Shown: positions 43,921-54,542, counted from the stretch's first letter. The stretch: 64,000 bases of DNA from an uncultured Candidatus Saccharibacteria bacterium (GCA_964623335.1 CAZUST010000003.1:869-64868); one strand, 5' to 3'. Made by a program: numbers and translations. Notes: a model not told the origin generated them from the letters alone.

Positions 43921-44877
43921 CTAACGATACAACCCCTTCATCTGATTGGCGCGGATACGTAAAAGGTCTTTGAACATTTTAACCATCGAACCCGCCTTGA
44001 CGGTACTGCGCGTATCGTTCTTCCAAGTTATCCCGACTTCTTTTACGCGGAATCCCTTAGCCTTGGCCAATATTAAAATTTCCGGGTCGAACGCAAAGCG
44101 ATCAATGCGGCATTTGGGTAGAATTACGGCAGCGGCTTTGGCAGACATTGCCTTGAAACCGCATTGAGTATCTTTTATCGCCCATGTCCCGACTACGATA
44201 TTGGCCAACATACGCCATCCCCAACCCAAAAACCGGCGGATCGGCGGCTGGGCCGGCTCAAGTTTCGCTCCCGGAGCATGGCGGGAACCGATAACCACAT
44301 CATATCCTTCCTTAAAAAACGGCAAAAGTTTTTCAACTTCCTCGATGGGAGTGGAATTATCGGAATCGGTAAAAAGACGAACCTGCCCTTTGGCCGCTAG
44401 CAACCCTTGACGCACCACATAACCTTTGCCGTGGTTTACGTGGTTATCGAGAAGTTTTAATTTAGCCACTTTGCCGATCAGGGCTTCAACGGCGCGCCCG
44501 GTACCATCCTTGGATCCGTCGTTTACCACAATTATCTCATAAACATAGGGTTGTTTTTTGAGATAATTATCCAAGATCTCCAAGGTTTTGGGCAGGCGGT
44601 CTTCTTCATTATACGCCGGTACCACCACGGACAAAAAAATATCCTGGCTTTTCGGCGGCACTTGAAAGCGTCCGGCAGGTTGAATATATTGCCGGCGAAT
44701 GTTTTTGCCGTTATTATCGGCGTTATTGAAGCTGTGGCCGCGGGCGCGGTTTTTCGCGCCCTTGAATCCATCCGAACTACTCTTTACCGATTTTTTAGAT
44801 TCTTTCGGCGAGTTGTTTGGCTTTGCGGATACCGTCGTCATCCGGTCAATAGCGGAGTCGAAATTTTCGTTTTGCAT
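43921..44877 (-). CDS. GT2 glycosyltransferase (polyprenol-phosphate glucosyltransferase-like)
   Basis: VVPAYNE, VNDGSKD, GKG, DSD, DTQCGFK, FDPE. Confidence 0.9.
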   Translation of the reverse strand: MQNENFDSAIDRMTTVSAKPNNSPKESKKSVKSSSDGFKGAKNRARGHSFNNADNNGKNIRRQYIQPAGRFQVPPKSQDIFLSVVVPAYNEEDRLPKTLEILDNYLKKQPYVYEIIVVNDGSKDGTGRAVEALIGKVAKLKLLDNHVNHGKGYVVRQGLLAAKGQVRLFTDSDNSTPIEEVEKLLPFFKEGYDVVIGSRHAPGAKLEPAQPPIRRFLGWGWRMLANIVVGTWAIKDTQCGFKAMSAKAAAVILPKCRIDRFAFDPEILILAKAKGFRVKEVGITWKNDTRSTVKAGSMVKMFKDLLRIRANQMKGLYR

Positions 44878-45022
44878 TTCTTTAATTTATCATAAATTGA
44901 CAAACCGAACAAAAAGCACAAAGCGCAAAGCTTTTATTTGTTTATTTTATTTAACTGCCAGACTACCTCGGAGCTTATCGGTTCAAGCACGAAAACCACC
45001 CGGCAGTCAGTCTCGAGGCAGT

Positions 45023-45805
45023 TTATTCACCATTATCGTCCGGTTCCGATTCTTCAGGCGCCTTGGTTAAAATATGACAACCATCGGCTAATACTGCCAG
45101 GGTATGTTCGCTATGCGCGGCCCAGCTGCCATCCTTGATCTTATAAGTTTGCTTGTTGGCGGCCAGACAGATCTCGACATTGCCGGCGGTGATCATCGGC
45201 TCGATACAGAAGACCATCCCCGCTTTAATGACCGGTCCCCGATGCCGGCGTCCATAATTGAAGATTGGCGGATCCTCGTGCAGGCTACGACCGATGCCAT
45301 GGCCGCACAGATTACGCACCACATGAAATCCTTGACTTTCAACGTAGCGTTCAATGGTTTCGCCCACATCGCCAAAAGTATTTCCCGCCCGGGCTTTTTT
45401 AATCCCGTATTTGAGTGCTTTTTTGGCGACTTTCATCAAGCGACGCATTTCGGGCGGAACATTGCCAACCGCAACAGTAGAAGCCATGTCGGTATGAAAT
45501 CCTTTATAGACCATGCCGATATCGAGACTTACCAAATCGCCGTCCCTGACCACTCTTCGGGCTGACGGAACGCCGTGAACCACTTCTTCATTGATTGAAA
45601 TGCAACTTACCGCCGGAAAACCGCCCTCACCCAAAAACGAGGGCTTGGCGCCACACTTAGAAATAAGTTTAGCGGCCAAGGCGTCAATTTCTTTGGTGGT
45701 CGCGCCCGGAACCGTGGCCGTTTCCATTTCCTTGAGAATGGACGCCAAAATCCGGCCGCCTTCGGCCATTATTTCGATCTCTTCGGGTGTTTTAAGAATA
45801 ATCAT
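45023..45805 (-). CDS. map: Methionine aminopeptidase
   Basis: VVHGVP, DIG, D, GHGIG, HEDP, IEPM, HSEHT. Confidence 0.97.
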   Translation of the reverse strand: MIILKTPEEIEIMAEGGRILASILKEMETATVPGATTKEIDALAAKLISKCGAKPSFLGEGGFPAVSCISINEEVVHGVPSARRVVRDGDLVSLDIGMVYKGFHTDMASTVAVGNVPPEMRRLMKVAKKALKYGIKKARAGNTFGDVGETIERYVESQGFHVVRNLCGHGIGRSLHEDPPIFNYGRRHRGPVIKAGMVFCIEPMITAGNVEICLAANKQTYKIKDGSWAAHSEHTLAVLADGCHILTKAPEESEPDDNGE

Positions 45806-45863
45806 GTTTAAAACTTTCGTGTTTAGAAAACTGCCCCCGCAGAAGCGGGGGCGGTGCGAGTTC

Positions 45864-46643
45864 CTAGATTTCGTAAACTTTGAAACTTGGCCCCAGTGCC
45901 GCAAGGATTTCGCTAAACACGTTTTCAACGTATTGATTGGCGTCAATTTTTATGATGTTGAATCCGTTATCGCGATAGAACTTTTCCAGCGGCGCGGTGG
46001 TTTGCTCGTATTCTTCCAGACGCAACTTGATGGTTTCCACGTTGTCCAGATCCCGGTGCATCAAGCGCGAACCGTCCAATGGGCAGCGTTTCAGATTGGC
46101 ATTTTCAGGAATATAGAGTATCGAATGGCGCATCAATTCACAGATACGGCGATTGGAATTGCGGAAAATCGTTTGCTCCTCGGGCAAATTAAGGAAGAAA
46201 ATACTGATATTTTCCTTGCCATAAAGCTCTTCCAAAAGCGGAATCTCAATCTCGGCTTCCGGCATCGAACGGGGCGATCCGGACAGAATGAGTGATTTTC
46301 CCAAACTGTGAATTTCATTGATCCGTTTGTTCATCAGCGACGCCGTAAATTCAACCGAGCATAAGACGCCTTTGCGGCGCTTGGCCGCTTCTTCCTCAAC
46401 GGAAAATCGCAAGCCGCCCAGTTCAACCATTTCTCCCGGCTTGGCATTTTTGAACTTTTCTTCAAGTACGCGGCTCGTATCCAGATTGTAAAAATAAAAT
46501 TTCGAAGCCAGTAATTCCGACTGCGTACCTTTGCCCGCGCCCGGAGGCCCGAAAAGTAAAATTACTTTTTGGATGTGATTGCCGTTAATGTTTTTCAATG
46601 TGACAGAAGCCGAATCGGCAGGACCGGTATTAAAAAGTTTCAT
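45864..46643 (-). CDS. adk: Adenylate kinase
   Basis: GPPGAGKGTQ, GSPR, lid with C...CPLDG; lies between secY and map. Confidence 0.9.
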   Translation of the reverse strand: MKLFNTGPADSASVTLKNINGNHIQKVILLFGPPGAGKGTQSELLASKFYFYNLDTSRVLEEKFKNAKPGEMVELGGLRFSVEEEAAKRRKGVLCSVEFTASLMNKRINEIHSLGKSLILSGSPRSMPEAEIEIPLLEELYGKENISIFFLNLPEEQTIFRNSNRRICELMRHSILYIPENANLKRCPLDGSRLMHRDLDNVETIKLRLEEYEQTTAPLEKFYRDNGFNIIKIDANQYVENVFSEILAALGPSFKVYEI

Positions 46644-47913
46644 ATTCGCGCATTTGAAGCTGCGCCTTGATCTGGCGCATAGTCTCAAGAACGACACTGA
46701 CAGCGATCAGCAGTGAAGTACCACCGACCAGGAAAGAGAACACCTGCACCTCGGTCAGGGACCCGATAATTTGAGGCATAATGGCGATCAGCCCCAAGAA
46801 TATCGCACCCACGAGCAAAATGCGGTTTAGAATATAATACAAATAGTTAGCGGTCGGAGTACCGGGACGAATACCCGGAATGAAGCCGCCCATCTTTTGC
46901 AAATTGGTGGAAATCTGCTTAGGATCAAACGTTACCGCGGTGTAAAAATAGGTGAACAGTACCACCAGAATAAAATAGGTTACCAAGTAGAACGCACCAC
47001 TACTGTCAAACAGCTTGACGGTTGCCGCCGCCGCCGCGCCTACCCATCCGGGCTGACCCTGCAAGAAACTGCCGATCATCGAAGGAAAAAGCAAGATCGA
47101 AAGCGCGAAGATGATCGGGATTACGCCAGCAGGATTAATATTAAGCGGCAAATAAGTTGACGCGCCGCCAACGGTTTTCATGCCTCTTACGCGCTTGGCG
47201 TAAGTTACCGGAATATTGCGGCGCGCTTCATTGATCAGAACCACCGCCGCGATCATCACTATTGACATCAGAAAGAATGCCGCGTAACCGGGAATCTGCG
47301 AAGCATCGGTATAGCTCGAGACCATTTGCTGGATATTTTTCGGGAAGTCCGCAATAATACCGGCGAAGATGAGCAACGACACCCCATTACCAATCCCTTT
47401 TTCCGTGATCAATTCCCCCATCCACATCAACAGCATCGATCCGGCAGTGATCGTTAAAAGCGAAGCAATCATCTGCAACGGCGAATCAAAACCGATCACC
47501 CCTTGGCGCTGGAACAACACCAGCATCGCGTAACCCTGCAATAAGGCCAACGGTACCGTAGCGATGCGCGCGTATTGGTTGAACTTCATTCTTCCGGCTT
47601 CACCCTCTTCTTTATACAAGCGCTCCAAAGACGGGAAAATCATCGTCAACAGTTGCAGGATGATGATGGCCGTGATGTAAGGCCCAAGGCCAAGCATCGC
47701 GACCGACAGGCGGTCCATCGAGCCGCCGGTAAACGCGCCCAGCAACTGGAAAATCTGGAAATTATTGAAAAAATTCTTTAGGCTTGCCGAATCAATCCCG
47801 GGAATCGGGGTATTGCACATCAAACGGTAAATAACGAACATGCCAAGTACAAACAGGATCTTATTACGCAGATCCTTAATCTTGAAGGTTTGGGCTATTG
47901 TTTGGTACCACAT
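46630..47913 (-). CDS. secY: Preprotein translocase SecY
   Basis: LGLGPYITA, GIGNGVSL, GVIPIIFA, IPGIRPG. Confidence 0.98.
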   Translation of the reverse strand: MWYQTIAQTFKIKDLRNKILFVLGMFVIYRLMCNTPIPGIDSASLKNFFNNFQIFQLLGAFTGGSMDRLSVAMLGLGPYITAIIILQLLTMIFPSLERLYKEEGEAGRMKFNQYARIATVPLALLQGYAMLVLFQRQGVIGFDSPLQMIASLLTITAGSMLLMWMGELITEKGIGNGVSLLIFAGIIADFPKNIQQMVSSYTDASQIPGYAAFFLMSIVMIAAVVLINEARRNIPVTYAKRVRGMKTVGGASTYLPLNINPAGVIPIIFALSILLFPSMIGSFLQGQPGWVGAAAAATVKLFDSSGAFYLVTYFILVVLFTYFYTAVTFDPKQISTNLQKMGGFIPGIRPGTPTANYLYYILNRILLVGAIFLGLIAIMPQIIGSLTEVQVFSFLVGGTSLLIAVSVVLETMRQIKAQLQMREYETF

Positions 47914-47999
47914 TGCCGAAAATCTCAAATATCAAATTTTGAATGCCAAATTGAAATGCACGCATTCCCTTTTGGCATTCGATATTCGAAATTAGGTAT

Positions 48000-48431
48000 T
48001 TACTTGATCTTTCCTCCCGCTTTCTCAATCTTTTCCTTGGCGGTCGCGGAAACTTGGCAACCGACCACATTCAATTTTTTGGTGATGTTGCCCGTGCCCA
48101 GAATCTTTACCTGCGGGCATTTGCCCGAAACGCGGCGAACCAAATTTTTTGCCGCGAGAGCACGCGGATTGACCGTCTGGCCGTTCTCGAATCCGGCTTC
48201 AAGGTACTTGATGTCAACCACCTCGGCTTTCACTTTCGCCCGGTGATTTTTATAACCGCGCAACTTGGGGTAGCGTTTCAAAACTTCGCGAATGATCGGC
48301 CGAAAATTGCGGCCGGACCGCGCGGTCTGTCCTTTGCCGCCGTGGCCTGAAAAAGTGCCGCGCTTGCCGCCGCGCCCCACTCTTTTTTTAGTCTTGGCGG
48401 TCGCGCCAATTTTAATTTGATGTGTCTGCAT
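48000..48431 (-). CDS. rplO: 50S ribosomal protein uL15
   Basis: RVGRG, KGQTARSG, KILG.G. Confidence 0.97.
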   Translation of the reverse strand: MQTHQIKIGATAKTKKRVGRGGKRGTFSGHGGKGQTARSGRNFRPIIREVLKRYPKLRGYKNHRAKVKAEVVDIKYLEAGFENGQTVNPRALAAKNLVRRVSGKCPQVKILGTGNITKKLNVVGCQVSATAKEKIEKAGGKIK

Positions 48432-48440
48432 GATATTGCT

Positions 48441-49163
48441 TTACTTTGCTGCCGAAGCGGTTTGGCTAACTTTAGGCTCAACCACCGTGATTTGCGGCTT
48501 TTTGATCGACTGCTCTTTCAAATATTCAAATGCTTTCATCGTGGCACGCGCGTTATTGAGTTTGTTCTTGGTCGTACCCAGCATTTTGGATGAAATATCC
48601 TTGATGCCCGCCAGCTGGCAAATCAATCGCACCACGCCGCCGGCCATCAGGCCACGTCCCTTTCTCTGGGGCTTGATCATTATCCGAGCCGGACCAACTT
48701 TGGCAATTGTTTCATGAGAAATGGTTCCATTGACCACGGGGACGATAAGCATATTTTTCTTGGACAAGATGGTCGCTTTTTCCACCGCCTGAGCCACATC
48801 CAAACCGGACGCTACGCCCAAGCCAACTTTCCCCGCCTTATTACCGCTAATCACGATCGCGCGGAAACGCAAACGCCGGCCGCCGGCCCGAGTATGGGAA
48901 ACGCGCGACAAATCCAAAAGCTTGGAATCCATGTCGTCCTTGGAACGATCTCGGTCGTCGCGTTTGCCAAAACCGCCACGCCGCTGCCCCCCGCCGAAGC
49001 GACTGCCGGTACCGGGCCTTCCCGCGCCGCCTCTCCGATCTTGCCCATAAGGCGAAAAACCGCGATTCGCTCTGGGGGTTCCCGATTCCGCCACAACCGG
49101 TTTTGCCGCCGGAGCGGCCGAACCCGCGGTTTGTTGTTTAGTTGTTTCTTGTGATGCGTCCAT
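48441..49163 (-). CDS. rpsE: 30S ribosomal protein uS5 with Gly/Arg-rich N-terminal extension
   Basis: GGRRLRF, GKVGLG, AGG.VR, AGIKD. Confidence 0.97.
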   Translation of the reverse strand: MDASQETTKQQTAGSAAPAAKPVVAESGTPRANRGFSPYGQDRRGGAGRPGTGSRFGGGQRRGGFGKRDDRDRSKDDMDSKLLDLSRVSHTRAGGRRLRFRAIVISGNKAGKVGLGVASGLDVAQAVEKATILSKKNMLIVPVVNGTISHETIAKVGPARIMIKPQRKGRGLMAGGVVRLICQLAGIKDISSKMLGTTKNKLNNARATMKAFEYLKEQSIKKPQITVVEPKVSQTASAAK

Positions 49164-49359
49164 TGTTTTTTCTAGTATGTCTAAATCAAAAATATATTTT
49201 CAATATGTGTTTCGCTCCGCGACTGGCGACCTTGGCGGAGCGGATGCCGCTAACGCGGTATCAAGGATGTCTCTTTACAAGAGTGCTCGCGCAGTATCTA
49301 AGAAATTATCACTCATCGGTTTCAAAGGTTTATTCCAATATCCGCCTTCGGATAAATAC

Positions 49360-49749
49360 TTAAAATTCCAAGCCTCCTTTGCGCGCCCCCTCGGCAAGAC
49401 TCTTTACCCTTCCATGATAACGGTAGCCGGCGCGGTCAAAAACAATTTGCTTGGTTTTCAGCCCCTGAGCCTTATTGGCAATTTCCATGCCAACCGCGAA
49501 CGCACGCGCCTGCTTGCCGGACAGTTCCCCCTTTTTGGCTTCAATCTTGGTTTTGGCTATTTTTTTATCATCGCAAACCGCCAAGGTTACCCCCTTTTGG
49601 TCATCAATCAATTGCGCCGAAATATGGCTATTCGAGCGAAAAACACACAAGCGGGGTCTGGCCGCGGTACCGGAAATCGTTGCCCGTACCCGACGCTGCC
49701 GTTTAGCTTTCTGTTCCAATTTATGTTTGATTTGGGTTCTGATGCTCAT
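49360..49749 (-). CDS. rplR: 50S ribosomal protein uL18
   Basis: RPRL.VFRSN, FDR.GY.YHGRV. Confidence 0.98.
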   Translation of the reverse strand: MSIRTQIKHKLEQKAKRQRRVRATISGTAARPRLCVFRSNSHISAQLIDDQKGVTLAVCDDKKIAKTKIEAKKGELSGKQARAFAVGMEIANKAQGLKTKQIVFDRAGYRYHGRVKSLAEGARKGGLEF

Positions 49750-49774
49750 GGAATTATTTAACTAGATTCGCAAA

Positions 49775-50317
49775 CTACTTGGCGGCGGCGGCTTTCTTGC
49801 CCACCTTCTTGCGCACAATCTCGCCGACATAACGAATCCCTTTCCCTTTGTAGGGTTCCGGCGGACGGACGCGGCGAATTTGAGCCGCCAACTTGGTTAC
49901 CAGTTCCTTGTCGCAACCCATCACGCTAACGATATTTTTTTCAACTTTATAGGTAATTCCGGCAGGCGCTTCAATGATAACCGGATGAGTGAACCCGACA
50001 TTCAACACCAGATTTTTGCCATCTACCGCAGCGCGGTAACCGATACCTTCCACCTGCAACCGGGTTTCGGTTCCCTTGGTCAGGCCATCGATCATATTGG
50101 CGATATGCATGCGCACCGCGCCCCAAAGCGAGCGGGCTTGCTTGCTTTCGTCCTTGGCGGATACCAGCACTTCGTTGCCTTCTTTAACGATGATGACGTT
50201 TGGTCCGAAGTCGCGGTTCAACTCGCCCTTAGGCCCCTTGATCTTTACTTTGCCGCCTTCAATAGTGACATCGACTCCGGCAGGGATTGCAATTGGTTTT
50301 TTTCCTATTCTGCTCAT
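49775..50317 (-). CDS. rplF: 50S ribosomal protein uL6
   Basis: MSRIGKKP, PEPYKGKGI. Confidence 0.98.
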   Translation of the reverse strand: MSRIGKKPIAIPAGVDVTIEGGKVKIKGPKGELNRDFGPNVIIVKEGNEVLVSAKDESKQARSLWGAVRMHIANMIDGLTKGTETRLQVEGIGYRAAVDGKNLVLNVGFTHPVIIEAPAGITYKVEKNIVSVMGCDKELVTKLAAQIRRVRPPEPYKGKGIRYVGEIVRKKVGKKAAAAK

Positions 50318-50330
50318 ATATATTGATTAT

Positions 50331-50735
50331 CTACCAAATTTCGCACATCATTTCGCCGCCGACTTTTGCTTTTTTGGCCTCGTATCCGGTCATTAATCCT
50401 TTGGAAGTTGAAATGATGGCAATCCCCTGACCCTGCTTGACCTTTTGGATGCCCGCCGCGGGAATATATATTCTTTGTCCGGGCGTGGAAATTTTTTTAA
50501 ATCCGGAAATCGCAGGCAAATTTTGGGTATATTTCAAAACTATTTCAAGATACGGCCGCACCTTATCATTCTTTTTTGCTTTCTTATTCTTTTTCTCCAC
50601 GTTCAATACGAATCCTTTGCGTTCCAGGATTTTGGCGACTTCGTACTTAAGGTGTGAATACGGCACCATTACCGCCGGTTTTTGCACGGCTTCGGCGTTA
50701 CGTATCACGGTTAACATGTTTGCGACTGTGTCCAT
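50331..50735 (-). CDS. rpsH: 30S ribosomal protein uS8
   Basis: MLT.IRNA, S.PG.R.Y, STSKG, GGE. Confidence 0.98.
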   Translation of the reverse strand: MDTVANMLTVIRNAEAVQKPAVMVPYSHLKYEVAKILERKGFVLNVEKKNKKAKKNDKVRPYLEIVLKYTQNLPAISGFKKISTPGQRIYIPAAGIQKVKQGQGIAIISTSKGLMTGYEAKKAKVGGEMMCEIW

Positions 50736-50759
50736 AGTTTTAGCTTTGATTCTTGGCTT

Positions 50760-50945
50760 TTACCAACTGCTTTTGGTGACGCCCGGTATTAATCCCTTAT
50801 TGGCGGCTTCGCGGAAGCAAATGCGGCACAGACCGAATTTTCTCATAAAGCCATGCTTACGGCCGCATTTAAAGCATCGGCGGACTGCTCGCGATTTGAA
50901 TTTCGGGGTTTTTTTTGATTTGGCGATTTGCGCTTTTGTAGCCAT
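50760..50945 (-). CDS. rpsN: 30S ribosomal protein uS14 (zinc type)
   Basis: RCFKCGR...LCRICFRE...PGV.KSSW. Confidence 0.98.
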   Translation of the reverse strand: MATKAQIAKSKKTPKFKSRAVRRCFKCGRKHGFMRKFGLCRICFREAANKGLIPGVTKSSW

Positions 50946-50954
50946 GATTAAAAA

Positions 50955-51536
50955 TTAGTGTTTCGCATTGGCAGTTTCCTCGGTCCGAATCGGGAAACCC
51001 ATTTTTTTAAAAAGGGCGATCCCTTCTTCGCGATTGGCCGCGGTCGTTACTGCCGTTATTTCAAAACCGAAAATAAAATTGATCTTTTCCGGGGAAATTT
51101 CCGGGAAAGCGATATGTTCTTTGATCCCGAAAGTCAGATTGCCGTCTTGATCGATGTTCTTGGGATCGATGCCCTGGAAATCGCGCGAACGGGGCAAGGC
51201 TACCGTAATAACGCGTTCGAGAAAATCCCACATCCGCTTGCGGCGCAAAGTAACTTTGGCGCCAATGTTTTGGCCTTCGCGCAATTTGAAACTGGATATC
51301 GAGCGGCGCGCTTTGGTCACGACCGCCTTCTGGCCGCAAATAGATGTTAAATCGCGAACTACCGCGTCCTGAATCTTTTTTTGCTCCTCTTTGCTTTTAC
51401 CCGAAACCATTCGGCCGAAACCGCAATTAACGACAACCTTTTCAATCCGCGGCACTTCCATCTGATTGGCGAATTTAAATTCCCCCATCAATGCCGGCAG
51501 AACCTCTTTTTTGTATTTTTCGTATAAGTGTGCCAT
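50955..51536 (-). CDS. rplE: 50S ribosomal protein uL5
   Basis: KVVVN, GQK, FKLR, LPR.RDF.G. Confidence 0.98.
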   Translation of the reverse strand: MAHLYEKYKKEVLPALMGEFKFANQMEVPRIEKVVVNCGFGRMVSGKSKEEQKKIQDAVVRDLTSICGQKAVVTKARRSISSFKLREGQNIGAKVTLRRKRMWDFLERVITVALPRSRDFQGIDPKNIDQDGNLTFGIKEHIAFPEISPEKINFIFGFEITAVTTAANREEGIALFKKMGFPIRTEETANAKH

Positions 51537-51550
51537 ATCTTTTGCTTTTC

Positions 51551-51874
51551 CTAGATTTCAGCGAGGCATTTCTTGCAGACGCGCACAACTTTTCGTTCTT
51601 TGGAATCACCTTGGGCGATCGTTTTATATCCAACGCGCACCGCCTTACCGCATTTGGGGCAAATCAATTTCACGTTGGACGCGCTGATCGACCGGGGCAA
51701 AGAAATAATCTGGCCGGTTTGTCCCTGTTTTCTGGGTTTCTGGCTTTTTTTGGCGATATTCACGCCTTCAACCACGATACGGCCTTCGCGAGGAAGAGAT
51801 TTTAAAACTTTACCCGTTTTGGCCCGGTCCTTTCCGGAAATTACAAGTACATTATCGCCTTTGATGATTTTCAT
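51551..51874 (-). CDS. rplX: 50S ribosomal protein uL24
   Basis: KGD.V.VISGKD, VEGVN, SNV. Confidence 0.98.
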   Translation of the reverse strand: MKIIKGDNVLVISGKDRAKTGKVLKSLPREGRIVVEGVNIAKKSQKPRKQGQTGQIISLPRSISASNVKLICPKCGKAVRVGYKTIAQGDSKERKVVRVCKKCLAEI

Positions 51875-51883
51875 ATTCCAATA

Positions 51884-52255
51884 TTAGACCAATTCTTCGG
51901 CCAATGCCGCGATTTTATCATAACCTTTTTCCTTGAGCTCTTTGGCGACCGGTCCAAAAATGCGGCCCCCCTTGGGCTCCATGGTTTTGCCTTCCAACAC
52001 TACGCAAGCATTATCGTCAAACCGCACGTACGTGCCGTCGGCGCGCTTGTATTCCTTTCTTTGCCGAATAATAACCACCCTCACTTTCTCATGTTTTTTT
52101 ACCATCTTCCGGGGTTCGGCTTCTTTGACGGCCGCCATCACCACATCCCCCACCGCCGCGTATCTCCTGTCGGTACCGCCAGCCACATGAAAAGTCTGGA
52201 CGATCTTGGCGCCCGTGTTATCCGCGACTTTTAGCATTGTTCGAAGTTGAATCAT
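51884..52255 (-). CDS. rplN: 50S ribosomal protein uL14
   Basis: VADNTGA, FDDNA, RIFGPV. Confidence 0.98.
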   Translation of the reverse strand: MIQLRTMLKVADNTGAKIVQTFHVAGGTDRRYAAVGDVVMAAVKEAEPRKMVKKHEKVRVVIIRQRKEYKRADGTYVRFDDNACVVLEGKTMEPKGGRIFGPVAKELKEKGYDKIAALAEELV

Positions 52256-52344
52256 ATTTCTATTGGAAACGCCTCATCCGGCAATTTATATGTCGAAAAC
52301 AAAACACAATATATATACCACAAAAAATAACAAATTGCAACGGC

Positions 52345-52620
52345 CTACTTTTGCTCGTCCAAGGACGGCATATCTTTGGCGACGGCCGAGGATAGTTTTT
52401 TTACCACTTTGAAGCGCTTGTCGTGCGACAGCGGCCGGCATTCTTCGATAACGACCGTATCGCCTTCATGATATTCCTTGTTCGCGTCGTGGGCTTTGTA
52501 TTTTTTGCTAACCTTGTAGCGCTTATGGTATTTGGGATGTTCTTTCATCCGGTTTACCAGCACCACAACGGTTTTTTCCATTTTGTCGGATACGACTTTT
52601 CCGGTTAATTGATGTTTCAT
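52345..52620 (-). CDS. rpsQ: 30S ribosomal protein uS17
   Basis: GKVVSDKMEKT, HPKY, ECRPLS. Confidence 0.98.
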   Translation of the reverse strand: MKHQLTGKVVSDKMEKTVVVLVNRMKEHPKYHKRYKVSKKYKAHDANKEYHEGDTVVIEECRPLSHDKRFKVVKKLSSAVAKDMPSLDEQK

Positions 52621-52631
52621 ATTTATACAAC

Positions 52632-52826
52632 CTATTTATTGATCTCGGACTCGCGCAGTAAAGTGTTAATGCGTGCGATATCGCGCCGCGTCTGGCGGAT
52701 AGCTTTCAGATTTTTTACCTTTCCGCCCTCAAGGTCGAATTTCATTTCAGCAAGCTTGCCAATGCTTTCGGCCAGGAGTTTTTTCAATTCGTCGGTATTT
52801 TTTTGACGCAGTTCCGAGGTTTTCAT
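52632..52826 (-). CDS. rpmC: 50S ribosomal protein uL29
   Basis: ELR...RRDIARI.T. Confidence 0.95.
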   Translation of the reverse strand: MKTSELRQKNTDELKKLLAESIGKLAEMKFDLEGGKVKNLKAIRQTRRDIARINTLLRESEINK

Positions 52827-52876
52827 GAATTTATATTTACCCGCCGAGGCGGGAAATCAAGCTTTAAAAAAGTTTA

Positions 52877-53293
52877 CTACAATTCCTTTTTCACGAATTT
52901 TGTCTTGATCGGCATTTTATCTCCGGCCTTTTCAAGGGCCTCGCGGGCCAAATCCTCTTTAACACCGTCCAATTCAAACATTATCCGGCCCGGCTTGACC
53001 ACAAACACATAATGATCCACGCCGCCCTTTCCGCCGCCCAGCGGCACTTCTTCGCCTTTACTGGTCACGGGCTTGTCCGGAAAAATGCGGATCCACAATT
53101 TGCCGCCTTTCTTCAAATATCTTAATATCGCGCGGCGTCCGGCTTCAATCTGGCGGGAGGAAATCCATTTTTCTTCCATCGCTTTCAAACCGAAATTACC
53201 GTAATTCAGTTCGGCTCCGCGATACGAAAGCCCTATTCCCCGGCGCCGGCCTTTCTGCCATTTCCGGTGCTTTACTTTTTTTGGCATCAACAT
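52877..53293 (-). CDS. rplP: 50S ribosomal protein uL16
   Basis: [18 protein letters not shown]. Confidence 0.98.
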   Translation of the reverse strand: MLMPKKVKHRKWQKGRRRGIGLSYRGAELNYGNFGLKAMEEKWISSRQIEAGRRAILRYLKKGGKLWIRIFPDKPVTSKGEEVPLGGGKGGVDHYVFVVKPGRIMFELDGVKEDLAREALEKAGDKMPIKTKFVKKEL

Positions 53294-53382
53294 ACTCGTA
53301 AATTCAACTTTCAACTATTAACTTTTGATTTTTAACGAAATTAGGATTCGTTAATGGTTAACAGTTGGGGTCAATAGTTATT

Positions 53383-54045
53383 TTATATTTTTTCGCCTTT
53401 GAATATCCAGACCTTGATCCCGATCACGCCGTAAGTGCAGTGCGCTTCATTCAAAGCGTAGTCGATATCCGCCCGAATGGTCTGGCGCGGCATCCTGCCT
53501 TTGCTTAGCCATGCGGTGCGCGCGATCTCCACGCCATTCAATCTTCCCGCCACTTGAATACGGATCCCCTGCACATCCTTGGATCCCATCGCTTTTTCGA
53601 TTGATTGTTTTAGAACTTTCAAGTAGGGCATGCGCTTTTCGATCTGGGCCGCGATATTTTGGCCGATATACGCCGCTGATGCCCAAGGATTGGTTATTTC
53701 GCGGATCTCGACCCGCAAATCAATACCCTTTTTCTTGTTATTGCTTTCGGACCGCGACCGGCTAATCAATTTTTCCAGCTTCTTGCGCAGCTCTTCAATC
53801 CCCTGCCCTTGGCGCCCGATAATCAAACCGGGCCGCACGCAAGAAATCACGACGCTCATCTTTCCGGGAAACCGCTCGATTTGCACCTCTTCAATACCGA
53901 TACCCGCCAAACGCTTGTGCAGGAATTCGCGGATACGAAAATCCTCTTCCAACAATTCAGGAAATCTTTTTTCGTAATAGCCGCGCGAATACCAGCCCGA
54001 GCTATCTTTTATTCTGAATGATTTAGGGTGAACCTTGTGTGCCAT
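53383..54045 (-). CDS. rpsC: 30S ribosomal protein uS3
   Basis: KVHP..FR, RPGLIIG, GRLNG.EIAR, YGVIGIKVWI. Confidence 0.98.
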   Translation of the reverse strand: MAHKVHPKSFRIKDSSGWYSRGYYEKRFPELLEEDFRIREFLHKRLAGIGIEEVQIERFPGKMSVVISCVRPGLIIGRQGQGIEELRKKLEKLISRSRSESNNKKKGIDLRVEIREITNPWASAAYIGQNIAAQIEKRMPYLKVLKQSIEKAMGSKDVQGIRIQVAGRLNGVEIARTAWLSKGRMPRQTIRADIDYALNEAHCTYGVIGIKVWIFKGEKI

Positions 54046-54112
54046 GGAAATAGTTTATGAATAATCGAGTTTATATTGTTTTAGATGAGTTATCAATCTC
54101 TGCCCAAATTCG

Positions 54113-54529
54113 TTATTTAGCCTTTTTGGCCACCGCTGGCGCAACCGTCTTCACGGCAGTTTTTTTAGCGGGAATTTCTTCTTTGATCTTTCCGGCGGCT
54201 TTCGTTTCCAGCACCAACGTTATATGGGAAGTGCGTTTGGCAATTTTATCGGCACGACCGCGGGATCTCGGAAACACACGTTCCGACATCGGGCCGTCGT
54301 TAACTAATAATTTGGCCACATAATAATCGACCGGATCCGCTTTATACGTATTTTTCACAGTCGCCATTGCGGAACGCAGAAGTTTTAACATCGGAAGACT
54401 GGCCTTTTTCGGAGTAAATCTTAAAATCGCCTCGGCTTCACTGACCGATTTGTTGCGTACAAGGTCGGCCACCAAACGAACTTTCCGGGCCGTGATCTTC
54501 AAATTTTGTAATTTTGCCGTGATTGCCAT
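54113..54529 (-). CDS. rplV: 50S ribosomal protein uL22
   Basis: RKVRLVADLVR, PRSRGRA, KRTSHI. Confidence 0.98.
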   Translation of the reverse strand: MAITAKLQNLKITARKVRLVADLVRNKSVSEAEAILRFTPKKASLPMLKLLRSAMATVKNTYKADPVDYYVAKLLVNDGPMSERVFPRSRGRADKIAKRTSHITLVLETKAAGKIKEEIPAKKTAVKTVAPAVAKKAK

Positions 54530-54542
54530 ACAAATCGATTAA

